Positions 40,934-50,735 of a stretch of 64,000 nt of DNA are shown one piece after another (the first letter of the stretch is position 1; every line of letters begins with the position of its first letter). Made by a program: the position numbers and the translations under genes. The stretch covers positions 62,001-126,000 of the IMG/VR virus record IMGVR_UViG_3300042887_005053. One strand, 5' to 3'. The notes beneath the pieces are model-generated. The model was not told the DNA's origin. It ran no database searches and saw nothing but the letters and a program-made list of their open reading frames with translations.

Positions 40934-41596
40934 TTATTTCTTTTTGATAATCTCATCGATTATTCCATATTTAAGAGCATCTTCCGCAGTCATCCAATAA
41001 TCTCTATCTGCGTCTTTTTCAATTTTTGAATAAACTTGTCCAGTTCTTTCTGCTAATATCTCGTAAAGTTCTCTTTTCAAAGAGTTTACTTCACGAGCAT
41101 CGATTTCTACATCTGAAGCTTGAGAGTAACCATAGCTACCCGATAAAGGCTGATGAATCATTGTTCTAGCTCTTTTAAGAGACTTTCTTTTACCTTTTGT
41201 GCCACAAGCAAGTAAGATAGATCCCATTGAAGCTGCTAGACCAGTATTAACTGTTACAATATCTGGTCCGATATAATCCATAGTATCTAATAGACCAAGT
41301 CCACTATAAATATCCCCACCAGGTGAATCAATATAAATTTTGATATCTTTCTTTGGATCTAATTGTTCTAAGTATAATAATTGAGCTTTGATAATGTTAC
41401 AACTATCTGTATTGATGTCGGTGCATAGGAATATAATTCTACTCTCTATTAGTTTAGAGAAAATATCTACCATGATACCTTCTGTTGCGTCATCTAAAAC
41501 ATGTTGAGTATATCCTACTTTAGCATAAGAGTCATAGTAGTTACTGTTTATGTTGAGGTGCTTTGTAGCAAAATTTCTAAAATCTCTATTTGACAT
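40934..41596 (-). CDS. clpP: ATP-dependent Clp protease proteolytic subunit
   Basis: YIDSPGG, GLAASMGS (Ser), MIHQP (His), DRDYWM (Asp). Confidence 0.95.
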   Translation of the reverse strand: MSNRDFRNFATKHLNINSNYYDSYAKVGYTQHVLDDATEGIMVDIFSKLIESRIIFLCTDINTDSCNIIKAQLLYLEQLDPKKDIKIYIDSPGGDIYSGLGLLDTMDYIGPDIVTVNTGLAASMGSILLACGTKGKRKSLKRARTMIHQPLSGSYGYSQASDVEIDAREVNSLKRELYEILAERTGQVYSKIEKDADRDYWMTAEDALKYGIIDEIIKKK

Positions 41597-41696
41597 AATT
41601 TAATTTATTTTGATTTCTACTATTTTTTATTGATAAAGTTTGATTTAAAAAAGAGATTTCCAGATTTAATATATAATAAAAAATATTTGTAAAATT

Positions 41697-42023
41697 ATGA
41701 AAACAACTATCGAAGTAAATGGTTTTGAAATCAAAATCGAAGAACTTGAAGGAAAAATTATAGTTTCTGCTCACAAAGATGATGAGGTTATTGAAGAGTT
41801 TGCTCTTGAAACTGGCGCACCTATGGAAAAAGAAGAGGATACTGAAGAAGTAATGCCTTTTGGTGAAGAAGAAGATGACTTTGAAGAAGCTCAAGAAGAA
41901 GAGGAAGAGAATGAAATGGAAGAGATGGAAGAAGAAGCTGAGGAACTAGAGGAAGAGGAAGAAGAGGAAGAGGAAGGTAAATTAGAGTCTTTCTCAAGTT
42001 TCATTAAGAACAGAAAAAAGTAA
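41697..42023 (+). CDS. Highly acidic small protein
   Basis: Long poly-Glu tract; TAATATATA at 41667. Confidence 0.65.
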   Translation: MKTTIEVNGFEIKIEELEGKIIVSAHKDDEVIEEFALETGAPMEKEEDTEEVMPFGEEEDDFEEAQEEEEENEMEEMEEEAEELEEEEEEEEEGKLESFSSFIKNRKK

Positions 42024-42034
42024 TATTAATCTAA

Positions 42035-43099
42035 ATGATTAAAAAATTTCAGACATCTTCAGATGTTAATTATTTATTCTACTATGCTTTAGATTGGGAT
42101 GACAACATATTAAATATGCCAACTGTTATTCAATTAGAGAAAAAGGATGGTGATAATTGGATTCCTGTTGAGGTTTCTACTTCTGAATTTGCTATAGTCA
42201 GAAATGATATAGAAAACTACAGAATGCCAGATAATAAACCAGAATTAGCATTTTCTAACTTCAGAGATACAGGTCCTAAAGGTGACGCTGTATTTCTTGA
42301 AGATGTAAAGAAAGCAGTTATGGCAGAAAGATTTGGTCCAAGTTGGAATGACTTTATAGAATGTTTATCAAATGGCTCTATATTCTCAATCATCACAGCT
42401 CGTGGTCACGAATCAGAAACTATGAGAAAAGGTGTAGAATGGATCATTGATAACGAATTGACCGATGATGAGTTATACAGTATGTATAATAATATTCTGA
42501 AGTTTAGATATCTTTTCAATTTAATTGACAGTGAAGACTATCCAAGAATATTGAAAGGAAAACCAACTGAAAACCCACTAGTATCATCTTATTTAGATAG
42601 CTGTCACTTTATTGGTGTTTCAGCTCCATCAAGAGGTGGTTCTCCGTCAAATCCAGAAAAAGCAAAAGAAGATGCTTTGTTACTTTTTATCGATGAAATG
42701 GATTCTCATGTAGAAGAGCTAAAAAGAATTACTAATCAGAATTGGGTAGGTGTTATTGGTTTTTCTGACGATGATGTAAAAAATGTAAAACATGTTGAAG
42801 ATTTAGTTGAAAACCTTCATCATGAAAGATTTTCAAATATTTTTAAAATAACAGTTAAAGGAACAAAAGATCCAAGTGATATAACTAAAAAGATAAGAAC
42901 TTTCACTGAAGAAGCTTCTTATCAAGCACCTGGTTTAGAAAATTCAGTAATACCGTTTACTAAATGGGCAAATATGACTCAAAGATTATATCCAAATTCA
43001 AAAGATAGACCATTAGATGATTATCATAATTTGACTAAAAATCAAGTTGGTCAATTAAAAGATTTGTATAAAGAATTTGCTTACAAAAGAAAAAAATAA
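42035..43099 (+). CDS. HAD-superfamily phosphatase-like protein
   Basis: DWDDNI (motif I), IITARG (II), K, GFSDDD (IV). Confidence 0.7.
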   Translation: MIKKFQTSSDVNYLFYYALDWDDNILNMPTVIQLEKKDGDNWIPVEVSTSEFAIVRNDIENYRMPDNKPELAFSNFRDTGPKGDAVFLEDVKKAVMAERFGPSWNDFIECLSNGSIFSIITARGHESETMRKGVEWIIDNELTDDELYSMYNNILKFRYLFNLIDSEDYPRILKGKPTENPLVSSYLDSCHFIGVSAPSRGGSPSNPEKAKEDALLLFIDEMDSHVEELKRITNQNWVGVIGFSDDDVKNVKHVEDLVENLHHERFSNIFKITVKGTKDPSDITKKIRTFTEEASYQAPGLENSVIPFTKWANMTQRLYPNSKDRPLDDYHNLTKNQVGQLKDLYKEFAYKRKK

Positions 43100-43107
43100 T
43101 TAAGAAA

Positions 43108-43662
43108 ATGAAATACCTAAAGACTTTTGAATCATATGGGTCTGAAATGTCCAGAGAAGAAATGTGTAACTACTTATGTAATTGTGGTTATGAAATGGCT
43201 GAACTTGAAACTTGTCCTAATGAAGAGTTAATGATGATGTGTAAAGTATGCATGGCTGAAGAGACTAACGAAACCAATGAGACTCACTCATACGAAACAG
43301 AGATGTCAAGAGAAGAAATGTGTAATTACCTATGTAGTTGTGGTTATGAAATGGCTGAACTTGAAACTTGTCCTAATGAAGAGTTAATGATGATATGTAG
43401 AGTTTGTAGAGAAGAAGAAGAAACTAATGAAGCTAAAGGCGACAAGTGGATTCAAGACGCTATTAAAAGACCAGGTGCATTAAGAAAGAAGATGAAGAAA
43501 GGTGAATCAGAAAAAATATCTATGGAAGAAATTGCTGATGAGCTATCTGACTTAAAGAAAAAAGATAAAGATAAAGAAAAACCAGGTCTTCAATTAAGTG
43601 CAACTGATAGAAGAAAACAAAAACAATTAGTGTTAGCAAGAACACTTAAAAATTTCAAATAA
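43108..43662 (+). CDS. Protein with duplicated Cys/Met/Glu-rich repeat
   Basis: Leader MKYLKTFES; two EMSREEMCNYLCxCGYEMAELETCPNEELMMxCxVC units. Confidence 0.65.
   Translation: MKYLKTFESYGSEMSREEMCNYLCNCGYEMAELETCPNEELMMMCKVCMAEETNETNETHSYETEMSREEMCNYLCSCGYEMAELETCPNEELMMICRVCREEEETNEAKGDKWIQDAIKRPGALRKKMKKGESEKISMEEIADELSDLKKKDKDKEKPGLQLSATDRRKQKQLVLARTLKNFK
43144..43420 (+). repeat. Direct repeat, period 156 nt
   Basis: Near-identical copies starting at 43144 and 43300. Confidence 0.9.
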
Positions 43663-43689
43663 AAAAAAGAGTCGAAAGACTCTTTTTTT
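43662..43689. terminator. Bidirectional terminator
   Basis: A-tract GAGTC-GAAA-GACTC T-tract between convergent genes. Confidence 0.85.
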
Positions 43690-43691
43690 GT

Positions 43692-44615
43692 TTAAGGTAA
43701 TTTTTCAATTCTATTGTCTTGATAAGCTTGTAAGAACTTTTCTACATAATTGGAATCAATAAAATCTTTTATCTTTAAGTAATTATCAGTAGCAAACTGT
43801 CTAAACCAACCAGAACAAAGAGTCGTACAAATTCTCATTAGAGACCAATCTAATGCATCTTGTGATGATGAGTATTTACCACCACCAAATAACATCGGTA
43901 GGATTTTTCTCTCAAGTGCAATTACATAAGCTTCTTCTAAAACACATTTACACTTTTGTTCAAATGAAAATTCATTCCACATTTCTTTTTCACACATAGC
44001 CAGTTCGGAATTATTTTGCATCATTTCGTACAAAGGTTTATCATAGTGTGACATAACTCGATGTATATCATCATGTATGAAAAATGATTTAACAAATCCA
44101 TCCGATTGTCCAAAAAATTGTTTTGTTGACTTTTTGAGAGAAGGTGTTTTTAACTTACCTATTCTTAATTCGGTTTCTTTGAAATTAATTTTAGTAATTG
44201 TTTCTAAAATATCAAGACCATTTAACTTATCATATAACAAACAGTAGTCTTGGATGTGTTTATCAAATTTAATTGGAAAGTGTATGTGGCTTTTCTTTAT
44301 AGAAAATAAAACTTCATTAGAAGCATATTTTAATTTATTTTCGGCTTTGTTCTTTGAATCATATTCAACATATTTTTTTAATGATTCTGAATTATCTGAA
44401 TTTAGAATTTCAACATTGTCAGTAATCCAAATACCGAATTTATTTTGAACTCCAATTAAGGTTGTTAAATATTCAGTCGACTTGACCTTAGTTGGTTTCA
44501 AAGTATTGATAAGATAGTTAATATCACTTTGACCACCAATCAAATCAATATCTTTGATCTTTCTATCAATATCGGGAAAATTATTTTTAAGTGCAGCAGA
44601 GCCAACTATTAACAT
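43692..44615 (-). CDS. Phage protein with nucleotidyltransferase-like N-terminus
   Basis: IVGSAAL...DIDL (GS..DxD), later HDDIH and EEAYVIALER. Confidence 0.55.
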   Translation of the reverse strand: MLIVGSAALKNNFPDIDRKIKDIDLIGGQSDINYLINTLKPTKVKSTEYLTTLIGVQNKFGIWITDNVEILNSDNSESLKKYVEYDSKNKAENKLKYASNEVLFSIKKSHIHFPIKFDKHIQDYCLLYDKLNGLDILETITKINFKETELRIGKLKTPSLKKSTKQFFGQSDGFVKSFFIHDDIHRVMSHYDKPLYEMMQNNSELAMCEKEMWNEFSFEQKCKCVLEEAYVIALERKILPMLFGGGKYSSSQDALDWSLMRICTTLCSGWFRQFATDNYLKIKDFIDSNYVEKFLQAYQDNRIEKLP

Positions 44616-44626
44616 ATATTTTTGTT

Positions 44627-44884
44627 TTAATAAGATGAATCATAGTCTTCATATGAAGAAGAATCGTCTTCGTCTCGATACTCAAATGATCTTTCATCAT
44701 CGAGTAAAAGTATATTGGAATCATCTAAAATATGATCAATATCAATTTTGATTTCAAGATTTGATTCTTCTGCTTTTTCTAAAAGAGAAAGAATTTTTTT
44801 CTTTGCTTCATCTTTGGTGAGTAGATATTCTCTTTTTCTGGTGAGAACTTTTGATAATTCTTTGTAAAAATCAACTATTGTCAT
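44627..44884 (-). CDS. Small protein with acidic S/Y tail
   Basis: ORF track; stop/start overlap with neighbour. Confidence 0.5.
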   Translation of the reverse strand: MTIVDFYKELSKVLTRKREYLLTKDEAKKKILSLLEKAEESNLEIKIDIDHILDDSNILLLDDERSFEYRDEDDSSSYEDYDSSY

Positions 44885-45114
44885 TATTTTGTAATTTGGT
44901 TAATCGTATATTGTCTAAATTCATTTTTATCAATAAATCTGATATGAGAATACGAATAGATCTCTCCTTCATCATTCCTAATATCGAGATCAATGTAATC
45001 ATCATAATCATTTACATGTTCAATTGTATATTCTTTACCAACAGTTAGAGTGGCTCTACTGTTGATAATACAAATAACTGACTGTCCTTCTGTGAACTTA
45101 ACTTTATTTACCAT
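44884..45114 (-). CDS. Small SH3-like hypothetical protein
   Basis: GQSVICI..LTVGKEYTI..NDEG..Y. Confidence 0.55.
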   Translation of the reverse strand: MVNKVKFTEGQSVICIINSRATLTVGKEYTIEHVNDYDDYIDLDIRNDEGEIYSYSHIRFIDKNEFRQYTINQITK

Positions 45115-45115
45115 A

Positions 45116-46228
45116 TTACAAATATAATGAATTTTTTTGAAAAAAATTAGATAAAATTTCTGAAATTTTATCTTTATTCTTATAAGATATTCTAAGTAGA
45201 TGAATGTTATTATTTATACAATAGTTATTTTTTATCTCATCGTTTCTTTTAATTCTCTCGAGAGTGTTCTCACCTCCAAATAATACGCAAGGCTTAAAAT
45301 GTAGTTCTCCATCAAATTCAATGCAAAGATTTAGTTTTTGAATATAAAAGTCAAAAGGTAGCTTGTTTATATTTTTACAATCTATGAATTTCTTTTCAGT
45401 TTCAAACTCTATATTTTTTTCTTCTAGAAATCTTTTGATCAATTTCTCACCAATTGACTTTTTATTACCATCGCTGGTAAGATAATTTAAGTAGCCGGAC
45501 CAATTACTACGATAAACATATTCTGGTCTTTTTGGTAAAAAGGTAATATTATTTTTTTTGATATAGTTGAGGTATTCAAATCTATCAATCAAATTTAATT
45601 CTTTAAGTAGTTTCACTGCTGATTTATAATCTAAAAATTGTTTAGATTTTGTAAGAGGTGACATTTGAGAATCCAAAAATGTTTCCCAGTTAATCCATTT
45701 GCCATCTTTCTTGTAAACATGATCTGGTCTTTTAGGAATATTGATTGGTAGTATGTTTCTATCTAATAATAACCATTGTTTTCTATTTTTGATATTAAAA
45801 TTTTGTTTTATAAATAGTTTACAATCATCATATCTTAAATAATTGATATTTGTCAAATTTTTAAAGCTATTTAGGCCTAGCCAATCAGCAAGTGATACCC
45901 ATTCTTTGTAAACAGAGCTTGGATTTGAAGGTATTTTTATACTTCCTTTATTTACACACCACTTACACCAATCTTTTTGATTTTTCAATTTCAGTGTTCT
46001 TACATAGTCTCTAGCTTCACGGAATTCTAAATATTTACTTTTACCATCACTAGATAAGAAATCGGTCCACGAAATCCATTCATGTTTTCTTTTGTAAAAT
46101 TCATATGGTCTTTTATTTACTTTCTCATCAAAACTTCCTTTCTTAGCTAATATATAAAATTGGTAAGATGATAATATATCAAAATCCTTTAGATACTCTT
46201 TGCATTCTTCATATGAAAAATATTTCAT
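45116..46228 (-). CDS. Putative free-standing homing endonuclease: tandem helical repeats plus C-terminal PD-(D/E)xK (Vsr/DUF559-like) domain
   Basis: Four repeats of IPxxPxxVY..W.SW.DFL type; LPFDFYI...IEFDGELH; start reassigned to the ATG at 46228, just downstream of TAATATATA. Confidence 0.7.
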   Translation of the reverse strand: MKYFSYEECKEYLKDFDILSSYQFYILAKKGSFDEKVNKRPYEFYKRKHEWISWTDFLSSDGKSKYLEFREARDYVRTLKLKNQKDWCKWCVNKGSIKIPSNPSSVYKEWVSLADWLGLNSFKNLTNINYLRYDDCKLFIKQNFNIKNRKQWLLLDRNILPINIPKRPDHVYKKDGKWINWETFLDSQMSPLTKSKQFLDYKSAVKLLKELNLIDRFEYLNYIKKNNITFLPKRPEYVYRSNWSGYLNYLTSDGNKKSIGEKLIKRFLEEKNIEFETEKKFIDCKNINKLPFDFYIQKLNLCIEFDGELHFKPCVLFGGENTLERIKRNDEIKNNYCINNNIHLLRISYKNKDKISEILSNFFQKNSLYL

Positions 46229-46275
46229 AGGATATATATTAATTTTCTTGTACCTTATGACCAAAAAGAAATACG

Positions 46276-47436
46276 ATGGATAAAAAATACATAAAAGATA
46301 TAGTTCAGTCAATACTGAATGCACAATTTACTTCCAAAAATAGAAGAATTGTACATGAGTACTTAGATAGGTTGAACTTCTGTTGTGTTTATTGTGGAGA
46401 TGGTAAATCCGAGTTCAAAAAAAGAGGTAATATTTGGTTCAATAAACTTATCTATGTATGCTTTAACTGTGGTAAAAAAACCAACCTCGACAGACTGACT
46501 AAAGACTTTAATATCAGAATTGATCCTGATAAAAAACTTGAAATGATTAATCATTTAAGTCAATCGGTTTCATACAGAGACGCTGAAGATGATTTGATTG
46601 ATACTGAGTTTGATAAGTTATTAGATTTAGAAGACATATCAAGAGTTTTCAATAATGGTGATAATGTAATCACTGATTTCAAACCGCTTGTTAAAAATTC
46701 AACTGTATATCAATATCTTGTTAATCGAGGAATTGGTGAAAAGCTACATGAGAATATATATGAAGGAAAGTATTGGTTAAATTCTGATAGATATGAACCT
46801 ATTATAATTCTTTTGAACAAAAGAAATTCAAAAGTTTTAGGAGCACAAATAAGAAATTTAAAAGATGGAAAAAGAAGGTTATTCAAAATTTACAACTTCG
46901 AAACACTTTATAAGTGGATCAAAGAGGTGGATGAGATTACCGAGATTGATATTAATTCCCTGGTTATATATAACAAGCTTTCTTATTATTTCAACATTCT
47001 TAATGTTGACTTCGGTGAAAAAGTTACTATCTTCGAAGGATATTTGGATTCACTTTTTTATCCAAACAGCATTGGCGTTGTTGGGGTCAACACTGATATG
47101 AAGTTCTTAGAGTCTAATAACCTCGAACTACAATATTTTTATGATAATGATAAAGCAGGATTCGATAAATCTGAGTTGAAGATAAAAGAAGGTTTTCCCA
47201 TTTTTCTTTGGAAAAAACTGTTTCAAGACATAGTTGATCAGAAGAAATCTAACGATCCTTATCAATTACTTTATAGAATCAGTAAAGTTAAAGACTTAAA
47301 TAAACTCGCTGAGTTAGTACCAAATCCTTATAATAAATTAAGATTAGAAAATTACTTCTCAAAAGACATTTTAGATATTAGATGGTTACCAAGAAAAGAA
47401 AAGAAAAAATTTCAAAACTGGAAAGTAAAATCTTAA
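46276..47436 (+). CDS. DNA primase (T4 gp61-like)
   Basis: CxxC-GD...CFNCG zinc finger; TOPRIM FEGYLDSLF and YDND. Confidence 0.85.
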   Translation: MDKKYIKDIVQSILNAQFTSKNRRIVHEYLDRLNFCCVYCGDGKSEFKKRGNIWFNKLIYVCFNCGKKTNLDRLTKDFNIRIDPDKKLEMINHLSQSVSYRDAEDDLIDTEFDKLLDLEDISRVFNNGDNVITDFKPLVKNSTVYQYLVNRGIGEKLHENIYEGKYWLNSDRYEPIIILLNKRNSKVLGAQIRNLKDGKRRLFKIYNFETLYKWIKEVDEITEIDINSLVIYNKLSYYFNILNVDFGEKVTIFEGYLDSLFYPNSIGVVGVNTDMKFLESNNLELQYFYDNDKAGFDKSELKIKEGFPIFLWKKLFQDIVDQKKSNDPYQLLYRISKVKDLNKLAELVPNPYNKLRLENYFSKDILDIRWLPRKEKKKFQNWKVKS

Positions 47437-47699
47437 ATTAATAATCTTAGAGATTTTTCTCTGTTTTCAATTCTTAAAAAATTATCTACAAAATCTTCTG
47501 TTGACAAAAGACCATTTATCAGTATATTTATCAAGTCATTGTCAATCTTTTTAACATCAAAATTTGAGTAATCAATATTACTTGAGAATATTACTTGGTA
47601 TTTTGTTCCAACACATTCAATACTAAAACAAAATTTATCATCGATTTTATCTACGGAAATAACAGATTTCTTCTCGATTCTTTTTTTCAAATGAGTCAT
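47433..47699 (-). CDS. Hypothetical protein
   Basis: 88-aa ORF abutting the HNH gene. Confidence 0.5.
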   Translation of the reverse strand: MTHLKKRIEKKSVISVDKIDDKFCFSIECVGTKYQVIFSSNIDYSNFDVKKIDNDLINILINGLLSTEDFVDNFLRIENREKSLRLLI

Positions 47700-48173
47700 T
47701 TAAACAAAAGGATACCTAATATTTTTATACTTAGGATTTTTGGTTTTCAAATATTGATTGAACTCCATATTTCCTCTTTCGTTGTTACAATCTTTACAAC
47801 AGACTATTAGGTTTACTTGAGTATTATTACCACCATCTGAAATAGGTATAATATGATCAGAAGTGGCATTTTCTTGATTTAATATCGTTGTGCAATAAAT
47901 ACATTTAGGATTTCTGTGATGTTCTAAGAATTCTTTAGCAAAACCACTGGTTCGTCTTTTGACATTTTTTCCGCCCCATTTTAGGCCAACAATAACAATA
48001 TTACGATGAAATTTGTATTTTCTTCTAAAAATTTCACAACTAATGTATTCTGAGTTGAATATGACAGCTAATCTAATTAGCCATTTATACTTTTTATAAA
48101 ATTCAAAATCTACTGATAAGAAATGTTCGTGCTTTGATTTATAAAGATTTTTTAATATTTTAAATTCTTTCAT
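47700..48173 (-). CDS. HNH endonuclease
   Basis: CIYC...TSDHIIPISDGG.N...NLIVCCKDCNNERG. Confidence 0.85.
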   Translation of the reverse strand: MKEFKILKNLYKSKHEHFLSVDFEFYKKYKWLIRLAVIFNSEYISCEIFRRKYKFHRNIVIVGLKWGGKNVKRRTSGFAKEFLEHHRNPKCIYCTTILNQENATSDHIIPISDGGNNTQVNLIVCCKDCNNERGNMEFNQYLKTKNPKYKNIRYPFV

Positions 48174-48233
48174 TATGGATTAACATCCAAATTTTTTCTA
48201 CTTCCATATTTTATATATATCTAAAAATAACTT

Positions 48234-48542
48234 TTGTTTATGTTATCAAATATTTCGAAATTTTCATGGGCTGAAATGTTTTCCAACGACAACGGTAAAA
48301 CATCAGCAACTGCTTTTAGTGGATGGCTTATTTGTGTTATTGGTTCTATCTGTTTTTTACTTGGGTGTATAGATAAAATGTGGCTTTCACATTCAGTAGA
48401 CATCATCACTCAATCAATTGTATTTGTTACTATTGGCGCAGCTTTACTTGGCATCAGAAAAGTCGCAACTAATAAAACTACTTCAACTCCTACACAAGAA
48501 ACTCTTACACAAGAACCTCCTATTGAACAGATCAACTCTTAA
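48234..48542 (+). CDS. Two-TM membrane protein (holin-like size and topology)
   Basis: Two hydrophobic helices, NGKTS motif; true start may be the ATG at 48240. Confidence 0.5.
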   Translation: MFMLSNISKFSWAEMFSNDNGKTSATAFSGWLICVIGSICFLLGCIDKMWLSHSVDIITQSIVFVTIGAALLGIRKVATNKTTSTPTQETLTQEPPIEQINS

Positions 48543-48546
48543 AAAC

Positions 48547-48577
48547 AAAAAACCTCTCAAATTTGAGAGGTTTTTTT
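48547..48577. terminator. Bidirectional terminator
   Basis: AAAAAACCTCTCAA-AT-TTGAGAGGTTTTTTT. Confidence 0.8.
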
Positions 48578-48597
48578 ATATCCTAATATTAAATCAA

Positions 48598-49014
48598 TTA
48601 TTTTCTTCTTTTGTTTCTTTTAGATTCCATTACAGCTTCTTTCTCAACAACATCAGACTTTAGAAAATCTAAAACTTCTTCCATTGAATCAAATTTCTTT
48701 TTGTCAACATGAAAAGATTCTGTTTCTGAAAAATAGTTAATTTTATGACCTTCATAGTTAATCTCATTATTAACTACTTCAGCTCCTAAAGCATCTGCTA
48801 GCTGTTTCATCAAAACAGTACCCTCATACTGACTACCTTCTTCTTCTTCGTATTCATTAGAAGAGTCAACAATGTTACTTGGGTCTTTTTCTTCCATTTC
48901 TTCAGTAGCTTGTAGACCAGCCTCTAATTCTGTGGATTCAACTGGAGCTTCGATTGGCTCATTTGACTCGTTGATTTTACTTACGAAGTCACTATAATTT
49001 TTAACTATTTTCAT
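48598..49014 (-). CDS. Acidic hypothetical protein
   Basis: Leader MKIVKNYSDFVSKINES; TAATATATA at 49037-49045. Confidence 0.6.
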   Translation of the reverse strand: MKIVKNYSDFVSKINESNEPIEAPVESTELEAGLQATEEMEEKDPSNIVDSSNEYEEEEGSQYEGTVLMKQLADALGAEVVNNEINYEGHKINYFSETESFHVDKKKFDSMEEVLDFLKSDVVEKEAVMESKRNKRRK

Positions 49015-49048
49015 AGAACTTTAATTGATTTTTTATTATATATTAATT

Positions 49049-49513
49049 TTATCCAACGGTTTTTTCATCTTCTATCGTATTTACGACATATTCTAAAAAA
49101 TTGTCCAACTCATATTCTAAACCGTTACAATACTCTAATATATCATATCCTTCTCTTTCAAAATAAGGAATCAATTGTTCACCGACCTTCAAAATATAAC
49201 CTTCTAATTCACCACTAAGTCTCTTATTATTTCCAAATTCTAAGTCTGGTACTGTTATAGTTCCATAATAGTATTTTTCTTCACCGAAATCTTCTATACT
49301 CTTTAATTTAAAAGTAAAATACTTATCAGTAAATGTTTGTTGTTTCATTAAAGTCAAAATTCTATTCATCTCAACTTTATTATCCCAAGCTTTCAAGAAA
49401 TCTTTTTCTAAATTATCCAACGAGTCAAAACCAGACCTATTAATCTTATCTAAGATCTCATCCAAAACCTCATTATAAAAGGTCCAATTCTCATATGTTT
49501 TTAGATATAACAT
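49049..49513 (-). CDS. Hypothetical protein
   Basis: Leader MLYLKTYE; LDEILDKI..SGFDSL..EK.FL helix motif. Confidence 0.6.
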   Translation of the reverse strand: MLYLKTYENWTFYNEVLDEILDKINRSGFDSLDNLEKDFLKAWDNKVEMNRILTLMKQQTFTDKYFTFKLKSIEDFGEEKYYYGTITVPDLEFGNNKRLSGELEGYILKVGEQLIPYFEREGYDILEYCNGLEYELDNFLEYVVNTIEDEKTVG

Positions 49514-49548
49514 TATAAATCATAGTCGTTTGGATTATATATACAAAA

Positions 49549-49851
49549 TTAAAAGTCAAAAAAATCATCTTCTAAATCTGTAGAACTCTTAGATGTAGTA
49601 ACAGTTTTGTCATCAAATAACAATTCAAATTCATCTTTTTCTAAAATCGTTTCAATCTTATTTTCTCTTTTAATCGATGTAAATAACTTATCTTGTTTTG
49701 ATTTGAAATCTGGATTTGTATCGTATCTATGAGCAAAATCATTAAACATAGAACTCGACATTTGTGCTAATTTGAAAGCACCTTTGTTCATTTTTTTACT
49801 CTCTAAATATGAAATGTAAATAGGATATAATTCGTCATCCTTTATGGCCAT
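49549..49851 (-). CDS. Hypothetical protein
   Basis: 100-aa ORF with acidic/aromatic tail EDDFFDF. Confidence 0.55.
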   Translation of the reverse strand: MAIKDDELYPIYISYLESKKMNKGAFKLAQMSSSMFNDFAHRYDTNPDFKSKQDKLFTSIKRENKIETILEKDEFELLFDDKTVTTSKSSTDLEDDFFDF

Positions 49852-49869
49852 CAGTTAAAACATATAATT

Positions 49870-50724
49870 TTAAAGAAGAACCTCAGTTCTATCTCTAAGA
49901 TTATATATCTTAATTGGTCTTGTCTCAGCCACCCAATCTACTTTATAATATTGAAGTTTTGACCAATCTCTGATCTTTGTTTTTACTTGAACAGTCTTAT
50001 AACCAATATCATCTCTAAAAACAATCATATCAGTACCAAAAATCATATCAATGAAATCACCATTACCACCAGAATACACTATTTGAAAATCTTTTGAAAC
50101 TAAAAGTTTCATTACTTCTTCTTCTGCTCTTTCTCCAATATCAGTAAATTGTTTACTGAATTTCGTGAATTTTCTAAAATCCTCTAATCCATCACCATTA
50201 GTCACAAAGTAAAAAATAATTAACTTTTTCAAATAAGGCTTTATAGATTCTAATCCAGTTTTAGGATCCTTAACAACAGAATCATATATTGATTTACCTT
50301 TTTCAAAATTTTTCTGAATACCTCTCATTATTAATTCAGTCAGTAAATCAGCTAAATCACTCATATTAGTATTTAACTTATTTACATAATCCCACTCACC
50401 ACTCTCATTACGAACAATACTCTTAGATTCAATTCCGCCAAATTTAAACAATCTACTCTCAATGTAAGAATTATCCATAGATGTCTTTCTAAGAACTTCT
50501 AGACCAGAATAAAATTTAGAAATCTCTTCATTGGTCAAAGGACTTTCATAAGACTGTTCTTCGAAAATCTCATCAATTATCTTCATCATACCAAGACCAG
50601 ATGACATATATAGCCAATCTTTTAAAGTATTTATTCTATCAAATAAGATATTTCTGTCTGGTATCTCTGGTGAGTCAAATATAGAGATATTATATTCAGT
50701 TATGTATTCAGTAAATCTTTTCAT
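49870..50724 (-). CDS. Protein with C-terminal PD-(D/E)xK nuclease-like motif
   Basis: GERAEEEV...GTDMIV...TVQVK; leader MKRFTEYITE. Confidence 0.5.
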   Translation of the reverse strand: MKRFTEYITEYNISIFDSPEIPDRNILFDRINTLKDWLYMSSGLGMMKIIDEIFEEQSYESPLTNEEISKFYSGLEVLRKTSMDNSYIESRLFKFGGIESKSIVRNESGEWDYVNKLNTNMSDLADLLTELIMRGIQKNFEKGKSIYDSVVKDPKTGLESIKPYLKKLIIFYFVTNGDGLEDFRKFTKFSKQFTDIGERAEEEVMKLLVSKDFQIVYSGGNGDFIDMIFGTDMIVFRDDIGYKTVQVKTKIRDWSKLQYYKVDWVAETRPIKIYNLRDRTEVLL

Positions 50725-50735
50725 GATGGTATATA

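Noticed and set aside
46229-46324. Extended 5' end of the 45116 ORF as given in the ORF track
   Set aside because: It overlaps the primase start on the opposite strand; the ATG at 46228 follows a TAATATATA motif and begins the first repeat
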